Source: an uncultured Clostridia bacterium (GTDB taxonomy: Bacteria > Bacillota > Clostridia > Christensenellales > UBA1242). From it: a DNA stretch of 64,000 bases. The stretch lies in the NCBI GenBank assembly GCA_934746515.1, contig CAKVFH010000002.1, forward strand, positions 1,576-65,575, read 5' to 3'. This document shows, piece after piece, positions 37,018-46,444 of this stretch (the stretch's first letter is position 1; each line of letters begins with the position of its first letter). Under the pieces are notes generated by a model that was given only the letters and a program-made list of their open reading frames with translations, made no database searches and was not told the origin of the DNA. Both the position numbers and the translations under genes were made by a program.

Positions 37018-37608
37018 CTATTCTCCATCAACAAACTGATAAAGTCGATCAACAATAATGTCTTTTCCGTAAGCTGTTTCAGAACTGATTAAATATATAT
37101 TCTCAACACCAACTTTTAATTCTTTTGCAATATCTGAAATCTTTTTCATTCTTTCAGCTTTTTTGATCTTATCATACTTTGTTGCTACTATTGTAACAGG
37201 AATATTGTTAAAAGTGAAATAATTTAGCATCTGCTTATCTTGCTCTGTTGGCAAATGTCTAACATCAACAAGCAAAACTGCACAAACCAAGTTTTTTGTT
37301 GCTTCGATATAACTATCAATAATCTTACCCCAGCGTTGTTGCTCAACTTTGCTAGTTTCTGCATAACCATAGCCTGGAAGGTCAACCAAGACGAATTCTT
37401 TGTTGATCAAGAAAAAATTGACAAGTTTGGTCTTGCCTTGTGTTGCTGAAACTTTCGCTAACTTATTGTTATTTGAAAGCATATTTATAAAGCTTGATTT
37501 TCCAACATTACTTCTGCCTGCAAGCATAATTTCAGGCAAATCAAAACCTTTATAATCTGTAAAATCTATTTCTGATTTCAAAAATTTTGCACTTTTTATT
37601 GTTTTCAT
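37018..37608 (-). CDS. engB: ribosome-biogenesis GTPase EngB/YsxC
   Basis: It has the motifs G1 GRSNVGKSS, G3 DLPGYG and G4 TKYDK. MKTIKSAKF.. aligns with the Bacillus YsxC N-terminus, so I preferred the start at 37608 over 37620. Confidence 0.92.
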   Translation of the reverse strand: MKTIKSAKFLKSEIDFTDYKGFDLPEIMLAGRSNVGKSSFINMLSNNNKLAKVSATQGKTKLVNFFLINKEFVLVDLPGYGYAETSKVEQQRWGKIIDSYIEATKNLVCAVLLVDVRHLPTEQDKQMLNYFTFNNIPVTIVATKYDKIKKAERMKKISDIAKELKVGVENIYLISSETAYGKDIIVDRLYQFVDGE

Positions 37609-37744
37609 AATACCCACCATTTTACTTTGTTTTGTTATTATAACAAATTTTTAGCAAAATCATTTTATCACTTTTTTTTAAAAAAATCAATAGAAAGAAA
37701 AAATTATCCCAATTTTTTAGCAATTTTGGGATAATTTTGCGTTT

Positions 37745-39061
37745 TTATGCACTGATTTCTTCATCAATTTTTGGTTTTTCAATAATTGTTGGAACCACTT
37801 TCATGCTTCCTTCTTTTTCAATATCCATAACAATTTTTTGGATATTTTTGTTGCTTGGAGCAGAATACATAACAGGAAGCATTGCACTTTCAATTATAGT
37901 TCTAAGTCCCCTTGCGCCAGTTTTAAGTTCTATTGCCTGTTTTGCAAAAGCAGAAATTGCTTCATTTGTGAACTCAAGCTTTATACCATCAATTTCAAAT
38001 AGTTTTTTGTATTGTTTAACAAGTGAATTTCTTGGCTCTGTCAAAATTTTCTTCAAGGCTTTTTCGTCAAGTTCTTGAAGAGTAACGATGATTGGAACTC
38101 TTCCAATAAACTCTGGAATCAAGCCATATTTAATCAAATCATGAGGCTCAACTTTTGACAAAATTTCGTCTTCTTTAATTTCTTTTTTGGTTTTTACATT
38201 TCCACCAAAACCAAGAGTTGAGTTTTCGGTTCTCTTTTTTATAACATCATCAAGCCCAACAAATGCTCCTCCCAAAATGAAGAGAATATTTGTTGTGTCG
38301 ATTTGCAAACATTCTTGATTTGGGTGTTTTCTTCCGCCTTGTGGAGGAACAGAAGCAACAGTGCTTTCCAAAATTTTTAAAAGCGCTTGCTGAACACCTT
38401 CACCTGAAACATCTCTTGTGATTGACACATTCTCGCTCTTTTTTGCAATTTTATCAATTTCATCAATATAAACAATGCCCTTTTCAGCCTTCTTTATATC
38501 ATAGTTTGCATTTTGAATAAGTTTAAGCAAAATATTTTCAACATCATCACCAACATAACCAGCTTCAGTTAATGTTGTGGCATCAGCTGATGCAAATGGA
38601 ACATCCAAAATTCTCGCAAGAGTTTTTGCAATCAATGTTTTTCCTGAACCTGTTGGGCCAAGCATCAAAACATTGCTCTTTTCAAGCTCAACATCATCAA
38701 TATTCTTAACTTGTGACTCACCTTTCTCGGCTTGCTTTTGCTTTCTTGAAATAAAGTAGTTTATTCTTTTATAATGATTGTATACCGCAACAGAAAGAAC
38801 TTCTTTTGCCTGACTTTGACCTACAATATATTGATCAAGCTCCGATTTTATTTTTTCTGGGTTTGGCAACTCAAAAAGAACTTCTTTTTGTCTTTTTCTT
38901 TCTTCGGCATCCAAAATTTCACGGCAAATTCTGATGCAATCATTACAAATTCCAACAGTACCTGTTGGATTCTCAACGATTTCCTTGAAAGCACCACGTG
39001 GTCTGCCGCAAAATGAACAATTATTGTTTTTTGGCCCATTTGGTATTTGATTTTCGTCCAT
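37745..39061 (-). CDS. clpX: ATP-dependent Clp protease ATP-binding subunit ClpX
   Basis: It has an N-terminal zinc ribbon (CSFCGR..CNDCI), Walker A GPTGSGKT, Walker [10 protein letters not shown] and the IGF-type loop region. Confidence 0.97.
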   Translation of the reverse strand: MDENQIPNGPKNNNCSFCGRPRGAFKEIVENPTGTVGICNDCIRICREILDAEERKRQKEVLFELPNPEKIKSELDQYIVGQSQAKEVLSVAVYNHYKRINYFISRKQKQAEKGESQVKNIDDVELEKSNVLMLGPTGSGKTLIAKTLARILDVPFASADATTLTEAGYVGDDVENILLKLIQNANYDIKKAEKGIVYIDEIDKIAKKSENVSITRDVSGEGVQQALLKILESTVASVPPQGGRKHPNQECLQIDTTNILFILGGAFVGLDDVIKKRTENSTLGFGGNVKTKKEIKEDEILSKVEPHDLIKYGLIPEFIGRVPIIVTLQELDEKALKKILTEPRNSLVKQYKKLFEIDGIKLEFTNEAISAFAKQAIELKTGARGLRTIIESAMLPVMYSAPSNKNIQKIVMDIEKEGSMKVVPTIIEKPKIDEEISA

Positions 39062-39081
39062 AAATTCTCCTTAAAATAAAA

Positions 39082-39124
39082 TTCAAGATACGCAAAAAAA
39101 CATAGTTCTTTTGTGCATCTTGAA
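39082..39124 (-). terminator. hairpin plus U-run between clpP and clpX (possible partial terminator)
   Basis: The minus strand reads TTCAAGATGC-N21-GCGTATCTTGAA (10 bp including one G-U), followed by TTTTATTTT. It starts 5 nt after the clpP stop. Confidence 0.5.
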
Positions 39125-39128
39125 CAGA

Positions 39129-39725
39129 TTATTGTCTTTTTGCGTAAATCTTATCAATAAGACCGTATTTTTTAGCTTCTTCAGCACTCATATAGTTGTC
39201 TCTATCTGTGTCTTTTTCGATTTTTTCAATATCTACGCCGCTATTTTCAGACAAAATTTTGTTTAACAATTTTCTTGTCTTCATAATATGGTCGGCATGA
39301 ATTTTGATATCGCTTGCTTGACCTTGGAAACCACCAAGTGGCTGATGAATCATAATTTCAGAGTTTGGCAAAGCAAAACGCTTCCCTTTTGTGCCGCTTG
39401 AAAGAAGCACTGCGGCCATACTTGCAGCCATACCAACACAAATTGTGCAAACATCACATTTGATATAGTTCATTGTGTCAAATATCGCAAGGCCTGCAAC
39501 AACACTTCCGCCTGGGCTGTTGATATACATCATGATATCTTTATCTGGGTCTTTACCTTCCAAATAAATCATTTGTGCAATAATAAGGTTTGCAGTTTGG
39601 TCGGTAATTTCGTCGTTCACGAAAATAATTCTATCTTCCAAGAGTCTTGAATAGATATCATAAGACCTTTCACCGCGGTTGGTTTGTTCAACAACCATTG
39701 GTATAAGCATATCTTTTTCTAACAT
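39129..39725 (-). CDS. clpP: ATP-dependent Clp protease proteolytic subunit
   Basis: 198 aa with INSPGGSV, the active-site Ser region GMAASMAA and HQPLGG. It lies 15 nt downstream of tig. Confidence 0.97.
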   Translation of the reverse strand: MLEKDMLIPMVVEQTNRGERSYDIYSRLLEDRIIFVNDEITDQTANLIIAQMIYLEGKDPDKDIMMYINSPGGSVVAGLAIFDTMNYIKCDVCTICVGMAASMAAVLLSSGTKGKRFALPNSEIMIHQPLGGFQGQASDIKIHADHIMKTRKLLNKILSENSGVDIEKIEKDTDRDNYMSAEEAKKYGLIDKIYAKRQ

Positions 39726-39740
39726 ATATTCCCCCGAATA

Positions 39741-41027
39741 CTATTTTATATTATTCTTCTCTTTCAAAAGATTTATAACCTTTTCAGAAATAATATTGTT
39801 TTCAATTACATCCTTTTGATTTGGATTCATTGTCTTTTTAACTTCTTCAGGTTTCTTTTTCATGTTTTTAGCAAGTTCTTCAATTTTAGCATCGAAATCT
39901 TTATCTTCAACTTTGATGTCTTCTTTCTTAACGATTTCTGTCAAAACAAGAGTTGTTTTGATTTGTTTTTCTGTGTCAGCTTTTCTTGAATCACGAAGCT
40001 TTGCATCGGTCATGTTTGTGTATGCAAGATACATTTCATAGCTCATGCCTTGAGCAGCAAGTGCTCTCTTCATATCTTCAATTTCACGATTGATTTGATT
40101 GTTAATCATGCAATCAGGAACTTTAACTTCTGCATTTTTAACGATTTCTTCAACAAGTTTGTTTTCAACATCTCTTTCTGCTTGTTTTTCTTTGTCTGCC
40201 TTAATTTTAGCTTTGATGTCTTTTTTAAGCTCATCCAAAGTGTAAAATTCACTTACATCTGAAGCAAATTTATCATCGATTGCTGGAACTTGCTTTTCAC
40301 GAATTGCTAAAAGTTTAACAGCAAAAACTGCAGGCTTTCCAGCAAGTTCTTTTGCACCATAAGCTTCTGGGAATGTTACATTAACATCTTTTTGTTCATT
40401 GATTTCCATGCCAGCAACTTGATCTTCAAAACCAGCGATAAATGTGTGTGAGCCAAGTTCAAGTTCATAGTCTTTTGCGCTTCCGCCTTCAAAAGCAACG
40501 CCGTTCATTGAACCAACAAAATCAATATTTACAAGGTCGCCCATTTTTGCTTTTCTGCCAGTTACATCAACAAATCTTGCTTGTTTTTCTTGAAGTTCGT
40601 CAAGTTTTGCTTGAACTTCCTTTTCTGTTACACTAACCTTTGATTTAGCAACTTCAATGCCTGTGTATTTTCCAAGAGTAACTTCTGGAACAAGAGTGAT
40701 TGTTGCAACCCAGCTTACGCCGTCTTTGCTAACGCTTTTAACAGAGATATCTGGATAATCTACTGCATGGATATCCTTTTCTTTTTCAAGCATATCAAAA
40801 AAGCAATCATCACAAGCTTTGTTCAAAGCATCTTCATAGAACAAAAATTCGCCATAAGTTTTTTCCAAAACTTTTCTAGGAATTTTGCCTTGTCTGAAAC
40901 CATCAAGTTTGTATTTGCCTTTATTTTTTTCGTAAGCCTTTTGAACTTCAGCTTCCCATTCATCAGCATTCAAGCTAAAGTCAACGGTGATTTTTCCGTC
41001 TTTCTTTTCATTTACATTGTATGTCAT
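39741..41027 (-). CDS. tig: trigger factor
   Basis: 428 aa with the ribosome-binding signature GFRQGKIPRKVLEKTYG, a central FKBP-like region and an acidic/basic C-terminal arm. The tig-clpP-clpX order supports the call. Confidence 0.95.
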   Translation of the reverse strand: MTYNVNEKKDGKITVDFSLNADEWEAEVQKAYEKNKGKYKLDGFRQGKIPRKVLEKTYGEFLFYEDALNKACDDCFFDMLEKEKDIHAVDYPDISVKSVSKDGVSWVATITLVPEVTLGKYTGIEVAKSKVSVTEKEVQAKLDELQEKQARFVDVTGRKAKMGDLVNIDFVGSMNGVAFEGGSAKDYELELGSHTFIAGFEDQVAGMEINEQKDVNVTFPEAYGAKELAGKPAVFAVKLLAIREKQVPAIDDKFASDVSEFYTLDELKKDIKAKIKADKEKQAERDVENKLVEEIVKNAEVKVPDCMINNQINREIEDMKRALAAQGMSYEMYLAYTNMTDAKLRDSRKADTEKQIKTTLVLTEIVKKEDIKVEDKDFDAKIEELAKNMKKKPEEVKKTMNPNQKDVIENNIISEKVINLLKEKNNIK

Positions 41028-41059
41028 TATAGTTCTCCTTAATATTAACTAACACAACT

Positions 41060-41088
41060 ATTTTAATAATTTATGTGTGATTTGTCAA
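41060..41088 (-). promoter_or_regulatory. sigma-A promoter candidate for tig-clpP
   Basis: The minus strand reads TTGACA-N17-TAAAAT, about 30 nt upstream of the AAGGAGAA SD. Confidence 0.5.
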
Positions 41089-41128
41089 GATTATATGTAA
41101 AGTTACAAAAAAAGCATTGCACATAAAA

Positions 41129-41179
41129 AACGAGAAAACTTGAAATAACAGCCGAGCGCTATTATTTTATTTTCTCGTT
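41129..41179 (-). terminator. intrinsic terminator after the small-membrane-protein genes
   Basis: The outer stem is AACGAGAAAA/TTTTCTCGTT (10 bp, perfect) with an inner stem. On the minus strand it is followed by TTTTTTAT. Confidence 0.65.
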
Positions 41180-41203
41180 TTAATAATTTGGTTTAATTTA
41201 GTT

Positions 41204-41521
41204 TTAGAAAAGACACAAAAACACAATCATCATAACAAATAAAATTGCAGATAAAACAATTCTTGTTATTATCCAAGGCTTGCTTTCTTTCGATTTATCA
41301 ACAAGCAGTTCGTCATTTTCCATGATTTGTTTATCCATAAAGAATAACTTTGTTGAACAAAGTGTGCAAAGCATCAAAAATGCAGCGCCGAATAAAATCA
41401 TTGCAAGTTTCAAAATTACTAAGCTTGCAGTAAATTCAAAAATTAAAATCAAAACTGCACCAGCCAAAAGCGAAACGAAACTTGCAGTATCAAGCGTTTT
41501 TAAAATGTCTTTTTTAGTCAT
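41204..41521 (-). CDS. small membrane protein (3 predicted TM helices)
   Basis: 105 aa with three hydrophobic segments; the ATG follows GGAGAC. I recognise no family. Confidence 0.5.
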   Translation of the reverse strand: MTKKDILKTLDTASFVSLLAGAVLILIFEFTASLVILKLAMILFGAAFLMLCTLCSTKLFFMDKQIMENDELLVDKSKESKPWIITRIVLSAILFVMMIVFLCLF

Positions 41522-41539
41522 AAATTAGTCTCCGCTTAG

Positions 41540-41869
41540 TTAAAATAATGGAACAATAATGCCTGTGAAAATCATGATAATAGCAATTGTCCAAACAACC
41601 CAAATCCAAATTTTTCTTCTGTTTTTGATATATCTAACTGAAAGCAAACAGAGTGCGATCCAGCCAATAGCATTAGCAATTGCTTGAAGTGAATTGATCC
41701 AGCCAGCAGAAAGACCAAATAATTTTAATACCATTGCTAGGAACATTCCAATACCACCAATACAAACAGCAGCGAATGCCAAAACATTCATGAATCCTGA
41801 AAAACTTAAACCGCTTTTTCTAGTTGTTGTAGTTGTAGTTTTTTTCTCTTCTTTTTTTGTAGTTGTCAT
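41540..41869 (-). CDS. small membrane protein with K/T-rich N-terminus
   Basis: 109 aa starting MTTTKKEEKKTTTTTTRK, followed by three hydrophobic helices. It has a strong SD, AAAGGAGG. Confidence 0.55.
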   Translation of the reverse strand: MTTTKKEEKKTTTTTTRKSGLSFSGFMNVLAFAAVCIGGIGMFLAMVLKLFGLSAGWINSLQAIANAIGWIALCLLSVRYIKNRRKIWIWVVWTIAIIMIFTGIIVPLF

Positions 41870-41921
41870 AATCTTACCTCCTTTATAAATTATAAATACA
41901 GCATAGGTTTTGTCAAATATT

Positions 41922-42836
41922 TTACATCTTTAGTTTATTTAAAATTGCCTTAAAATATTCAGGAATATCTGCTGTAAACTCCATTCGTTTTCCTGTTGTT
42001 GGATGAGTTAGTTCAAGCTTGTAGGCGTGCAAAAGTTGACCAGCCAAATTGAATTTTTGATTCTTGATTCCATAGGTTTTATCGCCGACGATTGGATGCC
42101 CCAAAAACTTCGAATGAACGCGAATTTGGTGCGTTCTGCCGGTTTCAAGAACAAACTCAACCAAACAATAGCCAGCAAATCTTTCAACAACATTATAGTG
42201 TGTTATGGCTTTTTTGCCAATCTCCGAAACAGCCATCATTTTTCTATTTTTAGGGTCTCTCGCAATAAAAGTTTCAACCGTTCCAGAGTCTTGTCTTAAA
42301 TTTCCTTCCAACAGCGCAAGATAGTGTCTGAAGCATGAATGCTCTGCAATTTGAGCGGCTAGCGACGCGTGCGCTTTATCATTTTTTGCAATAACCAAAA
42401 GTCCTGAAGTGTCCTTGTCTATCCTGTGAACAATGCCCGGTCTTATGGATCCATTTTCACCACTCAAATGCTCAAAGTGAAACAAAAGCGCATTAACTAA
42501 AGTGTGGTTATATGCCCCTGGCGCTGGATGCACAACCATGCCTTGTGGCTTGTTGATAATCGCAAAATCATCGTCTTCATAAACAATATCAAGCGGTATA
42601 TTTTCAGGCTCTGCCTTTGAGTCAAAAACATCTTTTGAGAACGAAAGCACGATTTTATCGTCATTTTTAACTAAAAAACCTGCTTTTTGCGTTTTTTCGT
42701 TAACCAAAACCTTTCCGTTATCAATTTGAATTTTAACTTGCGACCTTGTCCAACCGGTCTCTTCCGCAAGAAAAACATCCAATCTTTCCTTGCCTTCAAG
42801 GTCTTCAACAACAATACTTGAATTAAGTTCTATCAT
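41922..42836 (-). CDS. rluD: 23S rRNA pseudouridine synthase RluD family
   Basis: 304 aa with an S4 domain, the catalytic motif HRIDKDTSGLLVIAKN and GRTHQIRVH. It overlaps the lspA end by 14 nt, the classic lspA-rluD pairing. Confidence 0.9.
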   Translation of the reverse strand: MIELNSSIVVEDLEGKERLDVFLAEETGWTRSQVKIQIDNGKVLVNEKTQKAGFLVKNDDKIVLSFSKDVFDSKAEPENIPLDIVYEDDDFAIINKPQGMVVHPAPGAYNHTLVNALLFHFEHLSGENGSIRPGIVHRIDKDTSGLLVIAKNDKAHASLAAQIAEHSCFRHYLALLEGNLRQDSGTVETFIARDPKNRKMMAVSEIGKKAITHYNVVERFAGYCLVEFVLETGRTHQIRVHSKFLGHPIVGDKTYGIKNQKFNLAGQLLHAYKLELTHPTTGKRMEFTADIPEYFKAILNKLKM

Positions 42837-43278
42837 TCTTTCCTTTGTTCCTTAAAAATAATATGCTAATGCAAAATAAAATCGCGCCGATAGTGATTGC
42901 AAAATCTGCAAGATTAAAAATCGCAAAATTCATAAATTTTAGATAAATAAAGTCTCTAACACCTTTAAAAATCAGTCTATCAATTGCATTTGAAATTGTT
43001 CCACCCAAAATTAAACCTATTGCGATTTTTTCAAATTTTCCGTTTAGCCATTTTTTTGAGCAAATCAAATAAACAAAAAATGCAGACGCAACAATTGCAA
43101 TCACAAAAAACACCCAGCTGTTGCCTTCAAACCACGAAAAAGCAACACCTGTGTTTAGGGTGCTTTCAAACCACAACAAATTGCCAATGATGCTTCTTGA
43201 TGCCGTGCCATAAACCAAAAACTTTGTTAGCTGATCAATGCCGACAATCAAAAAAGCGCAAATTAACCCAATAATCAT
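42823..43278 (-). CDS. lspA: lipoprotein signal peptidase (signal peptidase II)
   Basis: 151 aa with 4 TM helices and the motifs NTGVAFS, NAIDRL..VRDFI and FNLADFAI. Confidence 0.9.
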   Translation of the reverse strand: MIIGLICAFLIVGIDQLTKFLVYGTASRSIIGNLLWFESTLNTGVAFSWFEGNSWVFFVIAIVASAFFVYLICSKKWLNGKFEKIAIGLILGGTISNAIDRLIFKGVRDFIYLKFMNFAIFNLADFAITIGAILFCISILFLRNKGKNDRT

Positions 43279-43393
43279 AACTAAAGTGTATCACAATAAA
43301 CATAAAAAAACAACAAATAAAAAAGAGTCATGACCCAAAAATAATAATCTTTGAATCAATAACTCTTAATTTTATTTTATTTGACAAAATTTG

Positions 43394-46300
43394 CTATTTC
43401 ATATTGTATGCCGATTTATAATCTGCAAGCTTTGCTTCAATTTCTTCAGGCGAACCGCCACCCTTTATTGCAGACATAAGCGCAGCCTTTGCGGCATCTT
43501 GCTGAACACCAATACCGATTTGTTTTAGTTTGCTAATAGATTGTTTGGCAACAGCACTGCCTGGAAAATTATCTCCAATCTTTTTAAGGGTTTCTTTGCT
43601 CTTTTCTGCAACATTTTTAAGCGCTTTGTGTGGGAAAAACACCATATTGAATGTTCTTGTAACAGTTTTTAATGTCTTTTTAACGGCATCAATTGGGCTG
43701 TCTTCCAAAACACCAGGTCCAAGGCCAACAACCGTTTGAATTGCGTCATAGAATGTTGGATTTGATGAATCTGACTTGCCTGATGGAACTATAACTGAAA
43801 ATGCTGCAATTTCAAATATGATTCTTAAAATCTTATTTAAGTATTCGCTTATTCTCAAATAGTTAGGCTCAAAATAGAAATTTCCAACATTTAAAATTGT
43901 CCAAGGATTGTAAAGCGCGTTAGCAATTCTGCCAAGAGCTTTGTTACTTTGAAGATTTGCGGCAGTGAAAATTTGCATTTTATCAATAACTGGAATAATA
44001 ATAAATACAAAATTCAAACTTAAAATTATACCAAATGTTGAGAAAATCAATTGCAAATATTTTTGCATCCATTTCGAATAACTGCCACTCTTTTGAGTTT
44101 TTTCATCATCAAGCGGCATCGTCGCGCATGCAAGCGGATATATCATAATCATCAAGAAAATGTTTATTGACCTGTTTATTAAGCCAAAGACAGCAGTAAC
44201 TAAAACTTTGAAAAATACAACTGAACCAACAACCAAAACAATATAGTTTATGCTCATTGAATCAAATAAACAATTTAGATCCATTCCATACATTTTGGAA
44301 CTTAACTTCGACGACAAGCTATCTGCAAAGAAATAGCTTAAATGCAGTTTTCCATCTTTCAAAACATACACACTTGTCGTTTTGTTTGTGTAAGTTGTTG
44401 AAACTGTTGAATCATCAAGTTGCAAATCCGGCACAAGTTTCAATGGATTAAACAGACCTGAAACAAATTTTTTCACAGAATTCCAGGCACCTGAAATTGC
44501 GGAGCCAACTTTCTGGAAAACATTTTGTTTTTCTCCACTTTCTGATCCGTTTTCTTCCCCTTCAACTTCGATTTCTTCAAGTTTTCCAATATCGGAAACC
44601 GAACCATTAGAAACTAACTCAAGGTCATCACGATAAAACATAATGTTACCATTTGAAAGTCTGCGAATCGCTGTTGGATAAGATGATTTATCAAACAATC
44701 CCCTAGCTGTTATAATGCTTGCTGTCTGAATATATGTGCTAGTAAAAGCAGGGTTGCCATTCACACCAACACCAACCGCAAGTGGCAAATAGTATTCTTT
44801 TATCGAATTACTATAAAGGTCGTCGTACCCAAAACGGATTTTAACATAATTACCTGACTCATCTCTATAATAAAATTTATCTTTCAATGTGTCAGTTACT
44901 TTGCGATATGCATCGCCAATTTTATAATAATACTCTTTTGTTGAATCATAGCTTGCAACTTTTTTGTAAACTTGTCTGTCTTCATCGTAGATATAATAAA
45001 GATCAACTTTTTTGTATCTAGAACTGCTAGATTCCTTAAAATAATATATGTCTGCTTGTTTATATTCATTTGAAGCAGTTTTATAGTGATCACCATTTAA
45101 GCTCTTTTCAAAGTCATCACTAAAAGTGTTTTTATAAGCAACAACAAACTTTGCACCTTCAAACTCATCAACAGCATCTTTAACATGGGTATAGGTGTAA
45201 GTTCCACCTTTTGTATATTTGCTGACATATCTAATGTAAGAATAAGTCAAACTGTCTTGACCTAAAACGCATTTTCTCATGTTTTCATAAGAAATATTTC
45301 CAACACCATCAACAAACAATGTTCCGCTATTGCTATTCAAAAGTCTAATATTATAGCCGCTAACAACTTCTTTAAATTTATCAGCATCATTTGCGGCAAG
45401 TGACTCAAGCAGTTCTTGGATTGTTACAAAATAGTATTCTTCCATTGTGTCAAGCGCATAGCCAATAACATCTGACATAACATAATATTCATTTGCATTT
45501 GTCACAAGTTTTTTATATTTGCCTGCACCTGTTGTTGTTTCGCTATATTCGTTGCTATGATCATAATACTTATAGTAAACACTATTTCTCCAAGCTTCTA
45601 CACCTGAATCATATTTACCCTTTTCAACCGTTGTGTCCGCTAGAACAGGATCACTAAATTCATTACCTATAAAAGTTTCATTTTCATCAAAATATAATAA
45701 ACTTGGAAATTTGTCATTTCCAATCATTTGGACAGTATAGTTTATAGCTTTATCTTTATCGTCGCCTGTAAAGTTGAATTTTATTGGAATTCTGACTCCA
45801 TTTTCTGCATAAAGTCGATATTTATTCGCTGCAGAAGCTGAAGCATTGAACACTCTAGCACTCAACGACTTCGATTTTGACAAATTTGTTGCATTAAACA
45901 AAGCTTGCAACAAAACACTTGATGCCACAATAGAAACTATTGCAATAAGTGGTGTTAAAACAAGCATTAAAAATGATTTTAACACTCTTTTTAAAACATC
46001 ACCAGAAGGATTTTTCTTTGCTTTTTTATCCTTAAAAGCATCTGCCTGCGTTTTTATTATCGCAATTATTGCCGTTACAAGAATCAAAACTATCGCAATT
46101 GCAATAAAGTTTCTAATTATTGTTGTGACAGTTTCTTTGTTGTCTATCAGCAGTTTAAAAGTCATGTCCGAATTTGCTGAATCAATAATTGATGTATCTG
46201 CACTCACACCTGCTAGCTGCAGAATGTAAAAATAAATTACATCAACCATATACATGATCCACTTGCATGCAAAATACAATAGTTGCAAAACTGCTTTTAA

Positions 46301-46426
46301 AACTCTAGTCAAAATATTATCCGCTGATAAAAGCGATGAAATAAAACTATCAGAAGCCAAAAAAGCAGATGAATTATTATTCATCAAAAAATTTGGCAAT
46401 GATATAATATGATTTAAAATATTCAT
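43394..46426 (-). CDS. 1,010-aa polytopic membrane protein, short paralogue of the adjacent giant protein (VirB6-position component, family unknown)
   Basis: Uninterrupted 3-kb ORF; the ATG follows AAGGAG. It has TM helices at aa ~100-175 and ~725-880, a Tyr/Lys/Asp-rich central domain and an A/K-rich tail. Several blocks are colinear with 46445-57514 (see findings). Confidence 0.8.
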   Translation of the reverse strand: MNILNHIISLPNFLMNNNSSAFLASDSFISSLLSADNILTRVLKAVLQLLYFACKWIMYMVDVIYFYILQLAGVSADTSIIDSANSDMTFKLLIDNKETVTTIIRNFIAIAIVLILVTAIIAIIKTQADAFKDKKAKKNPSGDVLKRVLKSFLMLVLTPLIAIVSIVASSVLLQALFNATNLSKSKSLSARVFNASASAANKYRLYAENGVRIPIKFNFTGDDKDKAINYTVQMIGNDKFPSLLYFDENETFIGNEFSDPVLADTTVEKGKYDSGVEAWRNSVYYKYYDHSNEYSETTTGAGKYKKLVTNANEYYVMSDVIGYALDTMEEYYFVTIQELLESLAANDADKFKEVVSGYNIRLLNSNSGTLFVDGVGNISYENMRKCVLGQDSLTYSYIRYVSKYTKGGTYTYTHVKDAVDEFEGAKFVVAYKNTFSDDFEKSLNGDHYKTASNEYKQADIYYFKESSSSRYKKVDLYYIYDEDRQVYKKVASYDSTKEYYYKIGDAYRKVTDTLKDKFYYRDESGNYVKIRFGYDDLYSNSIKEYYLPLAVGVGVNGNPAFTSTYIQTASIITARGLFDKSSYPTAIRRLSNGNIMFYRDDLELVSNGSVSDIGKLEEIEVEGEENGSESGEKQNVFQKVGSAISGAWNSVKKFVSGLFNPLKLVPDLQLDDSTVSTTYTNKTTSVYVLKDGKLHLSYFFADSLSSKLSSKMYGMDLNCLFDSMSINYIVLVVGSVVFFKVLVTAVFGLINRSINIFLMIMIYPLACATMPLDDEKTQKSGSYSKWMQKYLQLIFSTFGIILSLNFVFIIIPVIDKMQIFTAANLQSNKALGRIANALYNPWTILNVGNFYFEPNYLRISEYLNKILRIIFEIAAFSVIVPSGKSDSSNPTFYDAIQTVVGLGPGVLEDSPIDAVKKTLKTVTRTFNMVFFPHKALKNVAEKSKETLKKIGDNFPGSAVAKQSISKLKQIGIGVQQDAAKAALMSAIKGGGSPEEIEAKLADYKSAYNMK

Positions 46427-46444
46427 CTGCTCTAGCTCCTTTTT

